Source: Candidatus Omnitrophota bacterium (GTDB taxonomy: Bacteria > Omnitrophota > Gorgyraeia > Zapsychrales > Fredricksoniimonadaceae). Taken from it: a stretch of DNA of 64,000 nt. Below are positions 1 to 10,524 of the stretch, in pieces. The DNA is taken from NCBI GenBank assembly GCA_016201795.1, contig JACQCF010000027.1, positions 45,454 to 109,453 of the forward strand, given 5' to 3'. The position numbers and the translations under genes are program-made. The first letter of the stretch is position 1; each line of letters starts with the position of its first letter. Below the pieces are notes generated by a model, which had not been told where the DNA came from, searched no databases, and saw nothing but the letters and a program-made list of their open reading frames with translations.

Positions 1-2
1 CC

Positions 3-290
3 GGTGGGATCACGGTTAAGAGTCATTGTCTTGCAGGGGCCAATCACATTAAGGTATGCGTTCAAGATACAGGTTGTGGTATTCAACCCGAAGATATTCC
101 TAAATTATTTCAGCAATTTCGGCAATTAGGCGAACCAGCCCATCGCAAAGTCGGTGGTACAGGGTTAGGATTATCCATTTGTAAAGAAATGATCCGTTTG
201 CACGGGGGTAAAATTGAAGTGGAATCCCAATGGGGCAAGGGCAGTTGTTTCTATTTTATGCTGCCCATTGAGGAAAGACGGCTGAGGTAA
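3..290 (+). CDS. Sensor histidine kinase, C-terminal HATPase fragment (5' end outside window)
   Basis: Frame-3 translation ends ...VGGTGLGLSICKEMIRLHGGKIEVESQWGKGSCFYFMLPIEE*, a classic G2 box/ATP-lid of HATPase_c. Partial at the window edge. Confidence 0.75.
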   Translation, partial: GGITVKSHCLAGANHIKVCVQDTGCGIQPEDIPKLFQQFRQLGEPAHRKVGGTGLGLSICKEMIRLHGGKIEVESQWGKGSCFYFMLPIEERRLR

Positions 291-302
291 TGCTGAGGTA
301 AA

Positions 303-686
303 ATGGACACCCCTAAGAAAATTCTCATCGTTGATGATGAGACTGATCTGGTACAAATGATCGCCTTTCAGTTTTCCGCCAGAGGTTTTCAAACCCAAAC
401 AGCCAGCGACGGAGTTGAGGCTTTGGATCAATTACGAAATTTTACTCCGGATTTGATTATCCTGGATGTCAATATGCCACGCATGGGTGGTATTGAGTTT
501 TATAATAAAATCTGCAACTCCAACAGTAAACCCCTGTATCCGGTTTTGGTTTTAACCGCTCGTGCGAATATTAAAGATCTTTTTCAACAGTTTGATATTG
601 ACGGTTTTATGATCAAACCTTTTGAAATTGATCAATTGATTTGTGAGGCCGAAGTTATTATTAAAAGACACCGCCCGCAGACTTAG
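303..686 (+). CDS. Stand-alone receiver (REC) domain response regulator
   Basis: 127 aa with KILIVDDE...DLIILDVNMPRMGG...LVLTA...K, the REC phospho-acceptor signature. No output domain. Immediately downstream of the kinase. Confidence 0.8.
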   Translation: MDTPKKILIVDDETDLVQMIAFQFSARGFQTQTASDGVEALDQLRNFTPDLIILDVNMPRMGGIEFYNKICNSNSKPLYPVLVLTARANIKDLFQQFDIDGFMIKPFEIDQLICEAEVIIKRHRPQT

Positions 687-700
687 GAAAGGCTAGACAA

Positions 701-904
701 ATGACGGCGGCCAATCTTATAGGTAACATTATTTTTAGCGCTATTGGTTTTGGGGCTTTTGTGTATGGCAAGAAAAATAAACAGTACAAAGCCATGACCA
801 TAGGCCTTATCCTGATGATTTATCCTTATTTTAATGGCCATACTTTTTGGATTTATGTCATTGGCGTTGCTTTAACCACCGCTTTATTCTTGTTTCGTGA
901 TTGA
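701..904 (+). CDS. Small hydrophobic 2-TM protein, unknown function
   Basis: 67 aa with two hydrophobic spans. No recognisable motif. Confidence 0.35.
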   Translation: MTAANLIGNIIFSAIGFGAFVYGKKNKQYKAMTIGLILMIYPYFNGHTFWIYVIGVALTTALFLFRD

Positions 905-955
905 AAAAATTCTGCCTAAATTTCCTAATCACAGCTATAATAATTTTTTATTACT

Positions 956-1171
956 ATGGTTGAATTCGGAAAAACTATTATTTTTGTCGGTTTGGCTTTA
1001 GTTTTGGCCGGTTTTCTGGTGCTGATGCTGGGTAAATTCAGCCACTTGGGCCGTCTGCCGGGGGATATTTTTGTCAAGAAAGGAAGCTTCTCTTTTTATT
1101 TTCCATTAACCACATGCTTTATTTTGAGTCTTATCTTTAGTTTGGTCATGTTTTTCTTATCCAAAAAATGA
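956..1171 (+). CDS. DUF2905 family small membrane protein
   Basis: 71 aa. GRLPGDIFVKKGSFSFYFPLTT matches the conserved DUF2905 core (GRLPGDI..E.GNF.FYFPI). Confidence 0.7.
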   Translation: MVEFGKTIIFVGLALVLAGFLVLMLGKFSHLGRLPGDIFVKKGSFSFYFPLTTCFILSLIFSLVMFFLSKK

Positions 1172-2391
1172 AAAAAGTCCTGTTTATTTTTTTAGTGGTG
1201 GTAGCCTGTGGCATAGCTGTTGCAGCCATTGCCCAAGTAACCCAAAAAGGAAATCTGTCATCGGAAATGATACGGGTGGCGATTGTTCGCGATGCAAGGG
1301 AAGCGTACTTGTCCATTGAAGGACAATACCGTCTGCGCGATGCCAACACCGGTAAAGTTGTCGGGCAGGGACTAAGACTGGTTCGCTCCAGGATTCGACT
1401 TTTAGAGAAGGGAATTTTAGCCGGCCTTGATGTGTATCCGGTGGCACGACTGATCATTGAACCTGTCAGGGATGCTTCCATTATTGTCAATAATCACCGT
1501 TTCCGGGGAACTGTTACGCTTGTACGCACGGGACCGCATCACATTACAGTGGTTAATGGCATCAATCTCGAAGATTATGTCAAAGGGGTTTTATTCCACG
1601 AGGTATCTAACCATTGGCCCATGGAAGCCTTAAAAGCCCAAGCGGTGGCAACCCGTACTTATGCTTTGTATTCTGTCAATCCAGCCAGTAAAGATTATGA
1701 TGTCACCAATGATATTTATTCTCAAGTGTATGGCGGCAGAGAATCAGAACGTTACCGCACGGGGCTTGCGGTTGATCGCACGGCCGGAGAAATTTTAGTT
1801 TATCAAGGCAAGGTTTTGCCGACCTATTTTCATGCCACCTGTGGCGGAATGACCGAAGATGCTAAAGAGCTGTGGCCAAAGATTGATTTGAGCCCTTTGC
1901 GAGGAGTACCGTGCATGTTTTGTCAAGACTCACCGCATATGCATTGGAAGAAAAATTTTCGTCTGCGCGATATTCAGCTGGTTCTTAATAAGCATGGTTA
2001 TAAAATGGGATTGATGAAGGATATCGGTATTGTTGAACGCGACCGCAGTGACCGTATAAAAACTTTAAAAATTACCAGCCGCGACGGCCAAGAATTAACC
2101 ATCTCTGGTAAAGATTTCCGTGATATCGTCGGTCCCAACGCTCTTAAAAGCAATAATTATGAAATAAGCATGCAGGGCTATTATGTGGATTTTGTCGGCA
2201 AAGGCTGGGGGCATGGGGTGGGTTTATGCCAGTGGGGGGCTCGCGGTATGGCCCTGCAGCAATTTACCTACAAACAAATTTTAGCCTATTATTACCCCGG
2301 CTCTCAACTGATGGATTATCATGATCTGCTAAAATCTGCCTTACCTGTCAAAGAAGAAAATTCCGCCAAGCCAGTGACGCAGGTTAAATAA
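1168..2391 (+). CDS. SpoIID/LytB domain protein (amidase enhancer-like)
   Basis: Signal peptide. C-terminal YYVDFVGKGWGHGVGLCQWGARGMA is the SpoIID/LytB signature. ATGA overlap with the upstream gene. Confidence 0.75.
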   Translation: MKKVLFIFLVVVACGIAVAAIAQVTQKGNLSSEMIRVAIVRDAREAYLSIEGQYRLRDANTGKVVGQGLRLVRSRIRLLEKGILAGLDVYPVARLIIEPVRDASIIVNNHRFRGTVTLVRTGPHHITVVNGINLEDYVKGVLFHEVSNHWPMEALKAQAVATRTYALYSVNPASKDYDVTNDIYSQVYGGRESERYRTGLAVDRTAGEILVYQGKVLPTYFHATCGGMTEDAKELWPKIDLSPLRGVPCMFCQDSPHMHWKKNFRLRDIQLVLNKHGYKMGLMKDIGIVERDRSDRIKTLKITSRDGQELTISGKDFRDIVGPNALKSNNYEISMQGYYVDFVGKGWGHGVGLCQWGARGMALQQFTYKQILAYYYPGSQLMDYHDLLKSALPVKEENSAKPVTQVK

Positions 2392-2394
2392 TGC

Positions 2395-4583
<2,189 letters not shown>

Positions 4584-4584
4584 T

Positions 4585-5286
4585 ATGCTTCGTTTCGATA
4601 TCATTACTTTATTTCCTAAAGTTTTCAACGGTATTTTCAACGAGTCCATGATCAAAAGGGCCAAGGAGAAGAAAAAAGTCCTTATTAAAATCCATGATTT
4701 GCGCGATTATTCTTCGGATAAGAAACGGCACAGCGTGGATGACAGGCCTTTTGGCGGAGGTCCGGGCATGGTATTAAGCCCGCAGCCTTTGTTTGATGCG
4801 GTCAAAAAAATTAAAGGCCGCAAAAAAGCCAAGGTCATTTACGTCACCCCTTCGGGAGTGCCGTTTTCACAATCTCATGCAAAACGCTTGACGAAGCATA
4901 AAAATTTGATTATTATCTGTGGCCATTACGAAGGTATCGACGAGAGGGTACGCGAACATATCGTTGATGAGGAGTTTTCCATTGGCGATTATGTTTTAAC
5001 CGGCGGCGAAATTCCCGCCATGGTCATGGTCGATGCCATTACTCGTTTAATCCCGGGTGTTTTAGGTAAAGACGAGTCGCTGGTGAATGAGAGTTTTGAA
5101 GCGGATTTATTAGAAGGTCCCCAGTACACCCGGCCGGCTGATTTTCATGGCCTGAAAGTACCACCAGTGTTATTATCGGGACATCATCAACAGATAGCAC
5201 AATGGCGTCGGGCCCAGGCAGTTCAACATACTCAAAAAATCAGGCCTGATTTAGCAGGGAAGTGGAGGCAGCATCGTGGTCAGTAA
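4585..5286 (+). CDS. trmD: tRNA (guanine37-N1)-methyltransferase
   Basis: [11 protein letters not shown]...[12 protein letters not shown]...[30 protein letters not shown] knot motifs. Confidence 0.9.
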   Translation: MLRFDIITLFPKVFNGIFNESMIKRAKEKKKVLIKIHDLRDYSSDKKRHSVDDRPFGGGPGMVLSPQPLFDAVKKIKGRKKAKVIYVTPSGVPFSQSHAKRLTKHKNLIIICGHYEGIDERVREHIVDEEFSIGDYVLTGGEIPAMVMVDAITRLIPGVLGKDESLVNESFEADLLEGPQYTRPADFHGLKVPPVLLSGHHQQIAQWRRAQAVQHTQKIRPDLAGKWRQHRGQ

Positions 5287-5653
5287 TCTGGAAAAAATTA
5301 AAATTATCGATGAGAAACAGATCCGCAAGGATCTGCCTCATTTTGACGTCGGTGATACCATTAAAATGAGAATTAAAGTGAAGGAAGCTGAAAAGGTGCG
5401 TATCCACCCGTTTGAAGGCACGGTGATTAAAAAAACTGGCCATGGTTTAGGAAAGGCTTTTACCGTGCGCAAAGTTTCCTTCGGCGAAGGAGTGGAAAGA
5501 ACTTTCCCGGTTCATTCGCCGGTGATTGAAAAAATTGAAGTGGTTGCCAAAGGGGTTGTCAAACGCGCCAAATTGTATTATTTGCGTGAACGTTTGGGCA
5601 AAAGTGCCCGCGTTAAGGTGGATCAAACACATTCGACTACGCTCAGTGTTTGA
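5276..5653 (+). CDS. rplS: 50S ribosomal protein L19 (GTG start overlapping trmD stop)
   Basis: [31 protein letters not shown]...[21 protein letters not shown] is canonical bL19. Conserved trmD-rplS synteny. Confidence 0.9.
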   Translation: MVSNLEKIKIIDEKQIRKDLPHFDVGDTIKMRIKVKEAEKVRIHPFEGTVIKKTGHGLGKAFTVRKVSFGEGVERTFPVHSPVIEKIEVVAKGVVKRAKLYYLRERLGKSARVKVDQTHSTTLSV

Positions 5654-5710
5654 TCCTGAGTGTAATCGAAGGATCAAACCCAGGCTGCTTAAATTTAGTG
5701 CCGGCCATTT

Positions 5711-6355
5711 ATGGTTGAGCATCTCTTAAATTATGAAACGGAAGCCCAAAATCAAGGCTTCCGTTTTGTTTTAGGAGTAGATGAGGCCGGCCGCGGTCCT
5801 TTGGCCGGGCCGGTGGTAGCCGCGGCTGTATGTTTAAAAAGTTTTGATTTTACCTGCCGTATCGATGATTCCAAAAAAATGACGCCTGCTGCCCGCCAAA
5901 AAGCTTTTGATCAGATTTCTCAAAAGGCTTATGTGGGTCTGGGACTGATTTCTGAGACAGCCATTGATCAGGTTAATATTTTAAATGCTACTTTTTTAGC
6001 CATGGAAGCCGCTGTACGGCAGCTGGTGGACCAAATCCGCAAGGAGATCAGGTCAGAGGTTTTGACGGATCAGGTTAAGATTTTGGTTGACGGCAACAGG
6101 TTTAAAACCGATTTGCCTTATGCCTATCGAGGTATTATTGGTGGAGATACCAGTAGTTTATCCATTGCCTGCGCTTCGATTATAGCCAAAACGTATCGCG
6201 ATCGTATGATGGAGCATTATGACCGCATTTTTCCCCAATACGGGTTTAAAGCCCATAAAGGTTATCCCACTGCTTTGCATAAATTGGCCATTCTGCGATA
6301 CGGTCCCTCGATTATTCATCGTAAAACATTTCAAGGGGTTCTACCAGAAAGTTGA
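5711..6355 (+). CDS. rnhB: Ribonuclease HII
   Basis: VLGVDEAGRGPLAGPVVAAAV active-site motif. Length 214 aa. Confidence 0.9.
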   Translation: MVEHLLNYETEAQNQGFRFVLGVDEAGRGPLAGPVVAAAVCLKSFDFTCRIDDSKKMTPAARQKAFDQISQKAYVGLGLISETAIDQVNILNATFLAMEAAVRQLVDQIRKEIRSEVLTDQVKILVDGNRFKTDLPYAYRGIIGGDTSSLSIACASIIAKTYRDRMMEHYDRIFPQYGFKAHKGYPTALHKLAILRYGPSIIHRKTFQGVLPES

Positions 6356-6368
6356 TGAAATATCAATT

Positions 6369-6400
6369 GACAAGTTTCATGTCGTATTATATGATATTTC
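6369..6400 (+). promoter_or_regulatory. Candidate sigma70-like promoter (TTGACA...TATTAT/TATGAT) ahead of the pilin-tra-like operon
   Basis: ttgacaagtttcatgtcgtattatatgat in the 128-nt AT-rich gap after rnhB. Also a small ATTGAT-TATAA-ATCAAT palindrome at ~6401-6417. Confidence 0.3.
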
Positions 6401-6483
6401 TAAAATTGATTATAAATCAATAATTCCGGTTCCCCCATCGGAAAAACAGCAGTAAAAAATTTCCCCCAAATAGTAATTTTTTT

Positions 6484-7368
6484 ATGTCCAACAACCTGCG
6501 CTCCTACAAACAGGGATTCTCTTTAATTGAGCTTTCCATTGCTATGGCCATTATTGCCATACTGGCTTCTTCTATTGTTCCCATAGCCATTCGTTCCCTA
6601 CAAATTAGAGCAGGGGAAAAGACCGCTTTAGAAATGGCCATGATTCAAGAAGCTAGCCGTAATTATTACATTGATCATAAAGCTTGGCCCGCAGATATTC
6701 CTACTCTTCAAGCCCAAGGTTATTTGAATCCAAATTGGACGGCATTGAACCCTTGGCATAATGCTTATCAAATCTCCAGCACCAATTTGGCTTTAACCGT
6801 AAGTACCGATGTGCCGGCTCAATGGGCTAATTTGGTCGCCAGTCATTTACCGGCAGCGATAGTTAATAATGCCAATGTATCCAGTACACTTTCCTCACCA
6901 GGGGGATCTGGCTTGCAGCCAGGAGTGATTGTGGCATGGTCTGGATCCATTGCTAATATTCCAGCAGGCTGGGCTTTGTGCGACGGTACCAACGGCACGC
7001 CGGATTTGAGGGATAAATTTATTGTCGGTGTAAGGCAAGATGACGCGGGAATTTCCAAAAGTAATATTATGGGGACTTTATTGCAAACTGGTGGATCGAC
7101 AACGCACAATCATGGCGGACAAACAGGCAGTCATACCTTAACCATAGCGGAGATACCACCGCATGATCATGCTGAAAATTACTGGGTATCCATGGATTTA
7201 TCCAACAGTATAGGACTCTATGGCAATAGTCCTGGCGGACATGCTGGTATGTTTAACCCTAGACCAAGAACTGAAATGACCGGTGGCGGCCAAGGTCATA
7301 CTCATACAATTTCGAGTGACTACAATGTACCACCGTTTTACGCGCTGGCGTTTATTATGAAATTATGA
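6484..7368 (+). CDS. Type IV prepilin/pseudopilin N-terminus fused to a phage tail-collar (T4 gp12/MdpB-like) C-terminal domain
   Basis: KQG|FSLIELSIAMAIIAILA is a class-III prepilin peptidase site with Glu+5. Residues 40-70 (EASRNYYIDHKAWPADIPTLQAQGYL) are GspG/PilE-like. The C-terminus (IPAGWALCDGTNGTPDLRDKFIVG...GGSTTHNHGGQTGSHTLTIAEIPPHDH...GGGQGHTHT) matches the tail-collar family motif (P.GW..CDG......L..F..G) with His-rich repeats. Confidence 0.7.
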   Translation: MSNNLRSYKQGFSLIELSIAMAIIAILASSIVPIAIRSLQIRAGEKTALEMAMIQEASRNYYIDHKAWPADIPTLQAQGYLNPNWTALNPWHNAYQISSTNLALTVSTDVPAQWANLVASHLPAAIVNNANVSSTLSSPGGSGLQPGVIVAWSGSIANIPAGWALCDGTNGTPDLRDKFIVGVRQDDAGISKSNIMGTLLQTGGSTTHNHGGQTGSHTLTIAEIPPHDHAENYWVSMDLSNSIGLYGNSPGGHAGMFNPRPRTEMTGGGQGHTHTISSDYNVPPFYALAFIMKL

Positions 7369-8267
7369 GCATTCTTCTCTTATTATTTTTTATTCTCAGC
7401 AACAACGTATGGGCGCAGGAAAAAACTACCCACGTCACTAAGAGTATTTTGGAATTGTCAGCTATGGCGGACTTTAAGTGCGTTCAAGCTAAACCTGTGG
7501 GCGCATGTCCTAAACCGAATCGAGAGCCGCCCATTGGTGTTAAAATGCGTTTCTGGCAGCCGGAGCTTTTTATGGAAACGGTTAAGATGCCGGGGGATTA
7601 TGTCATTGCTGAATATGGAGCGACTCTGGGGTCTTTAGCTAAGACGACGATTAAAACCGAACTTGAGCTAGTCACCCACATTAGACCTTTAACAGTGACC
7701 AGCGGCAGTTCTTTTAATAGTTTAAGTAACAGTAATTTGCAATTCAATGAAGTGCACCTGTACGACTTTCCCTCGGATGATATTTTTGATGCGCTTTGTT
7801 CAGATACTCCTAATACAACTTTGGGTATTCGCTATTTTTCAGAAGTGGATAGTATTACCTGGCGACGAGGAGATATTGAAAAAGAGCTTCCACAAAGCCT
7901 GGTTGCCGAAAATATAGGCGCACAATGTAATTATTTGGTGCTAGGAGCTACGGCGGGCCAGTGTATGAAAAGCTGGGGGCCGCTTTATCCTCGTCAGGGC
8001 TTTGTCATTACTCCCAGCGGACTGGTGAGCTCTATTGTTGATGCTTTGCGGGCCGTGAGTATTGCCTCAAATCCTTTCCCCCATTTAGTAGAGGCTCCAC
8101 TGAGCTTTCAGCCCAATATCCCTATTGATAAAGTGCAAATGGTTTATCCTGTTAAAACATCCTGCTTTCCTATAGGTCAAAACCCATCCCAGTGGGAGGC
8201 TGATAAACAATCCAAGGACGGTCATTATGTATGGATTTTCTGGCATCGACGGGAGTGCTGTATTTAG
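7365..8267 (+). CDS. TraU-like periplasmic protein (F-type T4SS pilus-assembly family), secreted
   Basis: Signal peptide ...NNVWA|QE. ACPKPNREPPIGVKMRFWQPE...MPGDYV resembles the TraU CP.PPP..R.IGL...YWEP..L...PGC block as recalled from F-plasmid TraU. Also EVHLYDFP (F-plasmid TraU has HVHWYKYP) and C-terminal QMVYPVKTSCFPIGQNP (TraU has MVNMYPDSGQCHPFG). ATGA overlap with the upstream pilin gene. Confidence 0.5.
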   Translation: MSILLLLFFILSNNVWAQEKTTHVTKSILELSAMADFKCVQAKPVGACPKPNREPPIGVKMRFWQPELFMETVKMPGDYVIAEYGATLGSLAKTTIKTELELVTHIRPLTVTSGSSFNSLSNSNLQFNEVHLYDFPSDDIFDALCSDTPNTTLGIRYFSEVDSITWRRGDIEKELPQSLVAENIGAQCNYLVLGATAGQCMKSWGPLYPRQGFVITPSGLVSSIVDALRAVSIASNPFPHLVEAPLSFQPNIPIDKVQMVYPVKTSCFPIGQNPSQWEADKQSKDGHYVWIFWHRRECCI

Positions 8268-8601
8268 AAGGCGGGTCTTAACCACCTTGTTTCTTTTGAT
8301 GACAGCCAATCTCTACGCGGCCAATCCTTATCATCTAGGCCAGGTGGATTATTTTCATGATAGACCCATCACTAAAGATACGGAAGATCAAAATCAGTCT
8401 TTTGACTGGCGCGAACCAACAGTTGCTTCCGATGGTCATATAGCGTCTTACACTCCACCGGGGCCGATGCTGACGTTATTGGAAAACCCCACGCCCGAGA
8501 ATGCCAAAGTCTATCTTGCCTGGCAGAAACAAAAGGTACAGAAAATCTTCAAGGCCCAAGAACTGATCGATCAAGTGCTCAAAGAAGGAAAGCCGCTGTG
8601 A
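8227..8601 (+). CDS. Short secreted protein resembling the TraF/TrbB N-terminal region (no thioredoxin domain)
   Basis: RRR plus hydrophobic signal peptide. LENPTPENAKVYLAWQKQKVQKIFKAQELIDQVL fits the TraF N-terminal P..N...Y..LQ......F..A pattern. 124 aa. Its 5' end overlaps the TraU-like gene by 41 nt and its stop overlaps the next start (GTGA). Confidence 0.3.
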   Translation: MYGFSGIDGSAVFRRRVLTTLFLLMTANLYAANPYHLGQVDYFHDRPITKDTEDQNQSFDWREPTVASDGHIASYTPPGPMLTLLENPTPENAKVYLAWQKQKVQKIFKAQELIDQVLKEGKPL

Positions 8602-9854
8602 TTTACTTATTATTTTTATTGCTGATTATTTCTCAAATTTCTTGTGCTGATATTTTTTCTAAAACGACAGATCAAACCTCGTTAGATGAAATGCTGGCCA
8701 AAGATTCCAGGAATTTTTATTATCGCGGCAGTTTTGACTACAATGCTTACGCTCAGCCTGAACCATCCTATGATTTGGAAAAACAGAGAATATCTTTAGG
8801 ATGCAACCGTTATGATTTCCATGAAAGTCTCAAGAATCTTTTCACCCGGCCCGAATTCAACAGCATAGAACTCCAAACTTTGATGACACAGCTTTCAACT
8901 TCCAAGCTTCTGGTTTGGGAATACAGTTCTCCAACGCTGGCTGACCTTTATAAGCATTTGGACACCGTAGGCCATTTGCGTTTGGCCATCCGTTATCATC
9001 AGTGTGAGGATTTGGAAAAAGCCGTGGATGACCCCATCGTTAAATTAAGAAAACAGGCTGTGATGGATTGTATGAAGCACCAGAAAGGCGCCAATGATAC
9101 AGATGATATAGACATTGCTTTCAAAGCCTGTTTTGATCATCTTCATGATGCTTTTAATTTTGAAAAGCCCTATGAGAATCTGGAGGACCCCGCAGATGGA
9201 AGATTTCAACTTACGGGAACAATTAATGTTACAGAAAAGACGTTAAAACGAATTGACCAAAACGGAGAAAACCTAGAGATGGTTGAGAAAATTATTCCCA
9301 ATGTCTATGTTTCAGTTAATTCTGTGCGTATCAAAGGGCCCGACATACAAAGTCGTCAATTAATAGCCCAATACCGTACCAATTTTCTTTCAAATCTTAT
9401 AGAGATGATCAAAGAATACAGGCAAAATAGAACCGTCAACCCTCAGACTTTATCATCCTTATCGGTTTTTGGCGTACCTATGACCGAAGGCCAGGTGAAA
9501 AATATTGCCATGTTGGATCATACGACTGGTTATTTAGCTATGCATAAGATCGCTTCAGAACTAGCTTATCTTAAGACCATCGATCAATATACAAAAGCCT
9601 CTGAAATGTTAAATCGAGTGATGGCGCATCCAGCCATTGAGCCCGGATATAAGACATTATTAAAAAACAGCCATGATTTTGTTCAAGAGGAAATCGTTGC
9701 TCTCAGACAGGAGAAAGAACGTCTAAGCCAATATGCCAACACCATGCACGTTATTTTAGATGAAGCGGACAGGCAACGGCTTAAAACTCTGGCGTTGATC
9801 AAGGAAGAATCTATCGGCGAAGAACAAAAAGGTTTGTTGAAGATTAATCCATGA
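8598..9854 (+). CDS. Secreted 418-aa protein, possibly TraH-like (tentative), with C-terminal coiled coil
   Basis: GTG start after GAAGGAAAG. Signal peptide IISQISCA|D. It has an N-terminal LDEMLAKD...YRGSFDY...ISLGCNRYDF segment and a C-terminal helical/coiled region. F-plasmid TraH, from memory, has FFNKLG...GGSLY...INAGCGGIDAYLG and likewise a coiled-coil C-terminus. Weak resemblance only. Confidence 0.25.
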   Translation: MIYLLFLLLIISQISCADIFSKTTDQTSLDEMLAKDSRNFYYRGSFDYNAYAQPEPSYDLEKQRISLGCNRYDFHESLKNLFTRPEFNSIELQTLMTQLSTSKLLVWEYSSPTLADLYKHLDTVGHLRLAIRYHQCEDLEKAVDDPIVKLRKQAVMDCMKHQKGANDTDDIDIAFKACFDHLHDAFNFEKPYENLEDPADGRFQLTGTINVTEKTLKRIDQNGENLEMVEKIIPNVYVSVNSVRIKGPDIQSRQLIAQYRTNFLSNLIEMIKEYRQNRTVNPQTLSSLSVFGVPMTEGQVKNIAMLDHTTGYLAMHKIASELAYLKTIDQYTKASEMLNRVMAHPAIEPGYKTLLKNSHDFVQEEIVALRQEKERLSQYANTMHVILDEADRQRLKTLALIKEESIGEEQKGLLKINP

Positions 9855-10228
9855 GCACTCAATTATTAGGAAATTATGGGGAAGAGCACGCTTGCAGGTA
9901 CCTGCAAGATAAAGGCTACAAGATCTTAGAGAAGAATTTCCGCAACAGGATGGGGGAAATTGATTTAATTGCTCAAGACAAACACACTGTATGCTTTATT
10001 GAAGTCAAAACCCGAAAATCCCTTCATTGCGGCCAGCCTTATGAATCGGTACATCCTCACAAACAGCGTAAAATCGTGCAGGTGGCTTTAACTTATTTGA
10101 AATACCGTTACCGTACGGTTGAGGTCCTATCTCGATTCGATGTCATTTCTATTTATTATCCTGCCGATGGCATCCCGGAGTTAGAACACATCGTCAATGC
10201 TTTTGATTTAACCTATTTAAGTCATTGA
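9851..10228 (+). CDS. yraN: YraN/UPF0102 family PD-(D/E)xK endonuclease-like protein
   Basis: NYGEEHACRYLQDKGYKILEKNFRNRMGEIDLIAQDKHTVCFIEVKTRKS shows D...EVK motifs typical of UPF0102. ATGA overlap with the upstream secreted-protein gene. Confidence 0.8.
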   Translation: MSTQLLGNYGEEHACRYLQDKGYKILEKNFRNRMGEIDLIAQDKHTVCFIEVKTRKSLHCGQPYESVHPHKQRKIVQVALTYLKYRYRTVEVLSRFDVISIYYPADGIPELEHIVNAFDLTYLSH

Positions 10229-10344
10229 CAAACCAGAAATTATCTATTAAACTCCCTTTAAATTTGTTGACGGTTCGTTGTTGTGACCCGTCATCCCGAG
10301 GTAACGAGGGATTTCATTAAAACAGTTTTACCAAGGAGGGTTGG

Positions 10345-10518
10345 ATGGAGAAATTATCTTTTTACGACGTGAAAACCAAGGCAAAATTTGAATCTGATGA
10401 TTATTCCGTCAAAGAAAAAAGCGGACGTTTTTTCGCCGTTACCAAATCCCTCAAAGGCTCGCATGAGTGCTGGCGCGTGTTAAGCAAAGATCAAGCCGCC
10501 AAGCTCAAAAAGAAATAA
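10345..10518 (+). CDS. Small basic hypothetical protein (57 aa), absent from the ORF track because it is under 60 aa
   Basis: ATG 7 nt after AAGGAGGG. MEKLSFYDVKTKAKFESDDYSVKEKSGRFFAVTKSLKGSHECWRVLSKDQAAKLKKK*. Strong SD, lysine-rich tail, sits directly upstream of rsfS. Confidence 0.4.
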   Translation: MEKLSFYDVKTKAKFESDDYSVKEKSGRFFAVTKSLKGSHECWRVLSKDQAAKLKKK

Positions 10519-10524
10519 GCGGGA

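Noticed and set aside
6484-9854. Possibility that the tra-like cluster is part of an integrative conjugative element or prophage
   Set aside because: There is no integrase, relaxase, VirB4/VirD4, capsid or terminase in the window. No flanking direct repeats or tRNA target were found. The tail-collar domain is embedded in a pilin rather than a phage structural gene.
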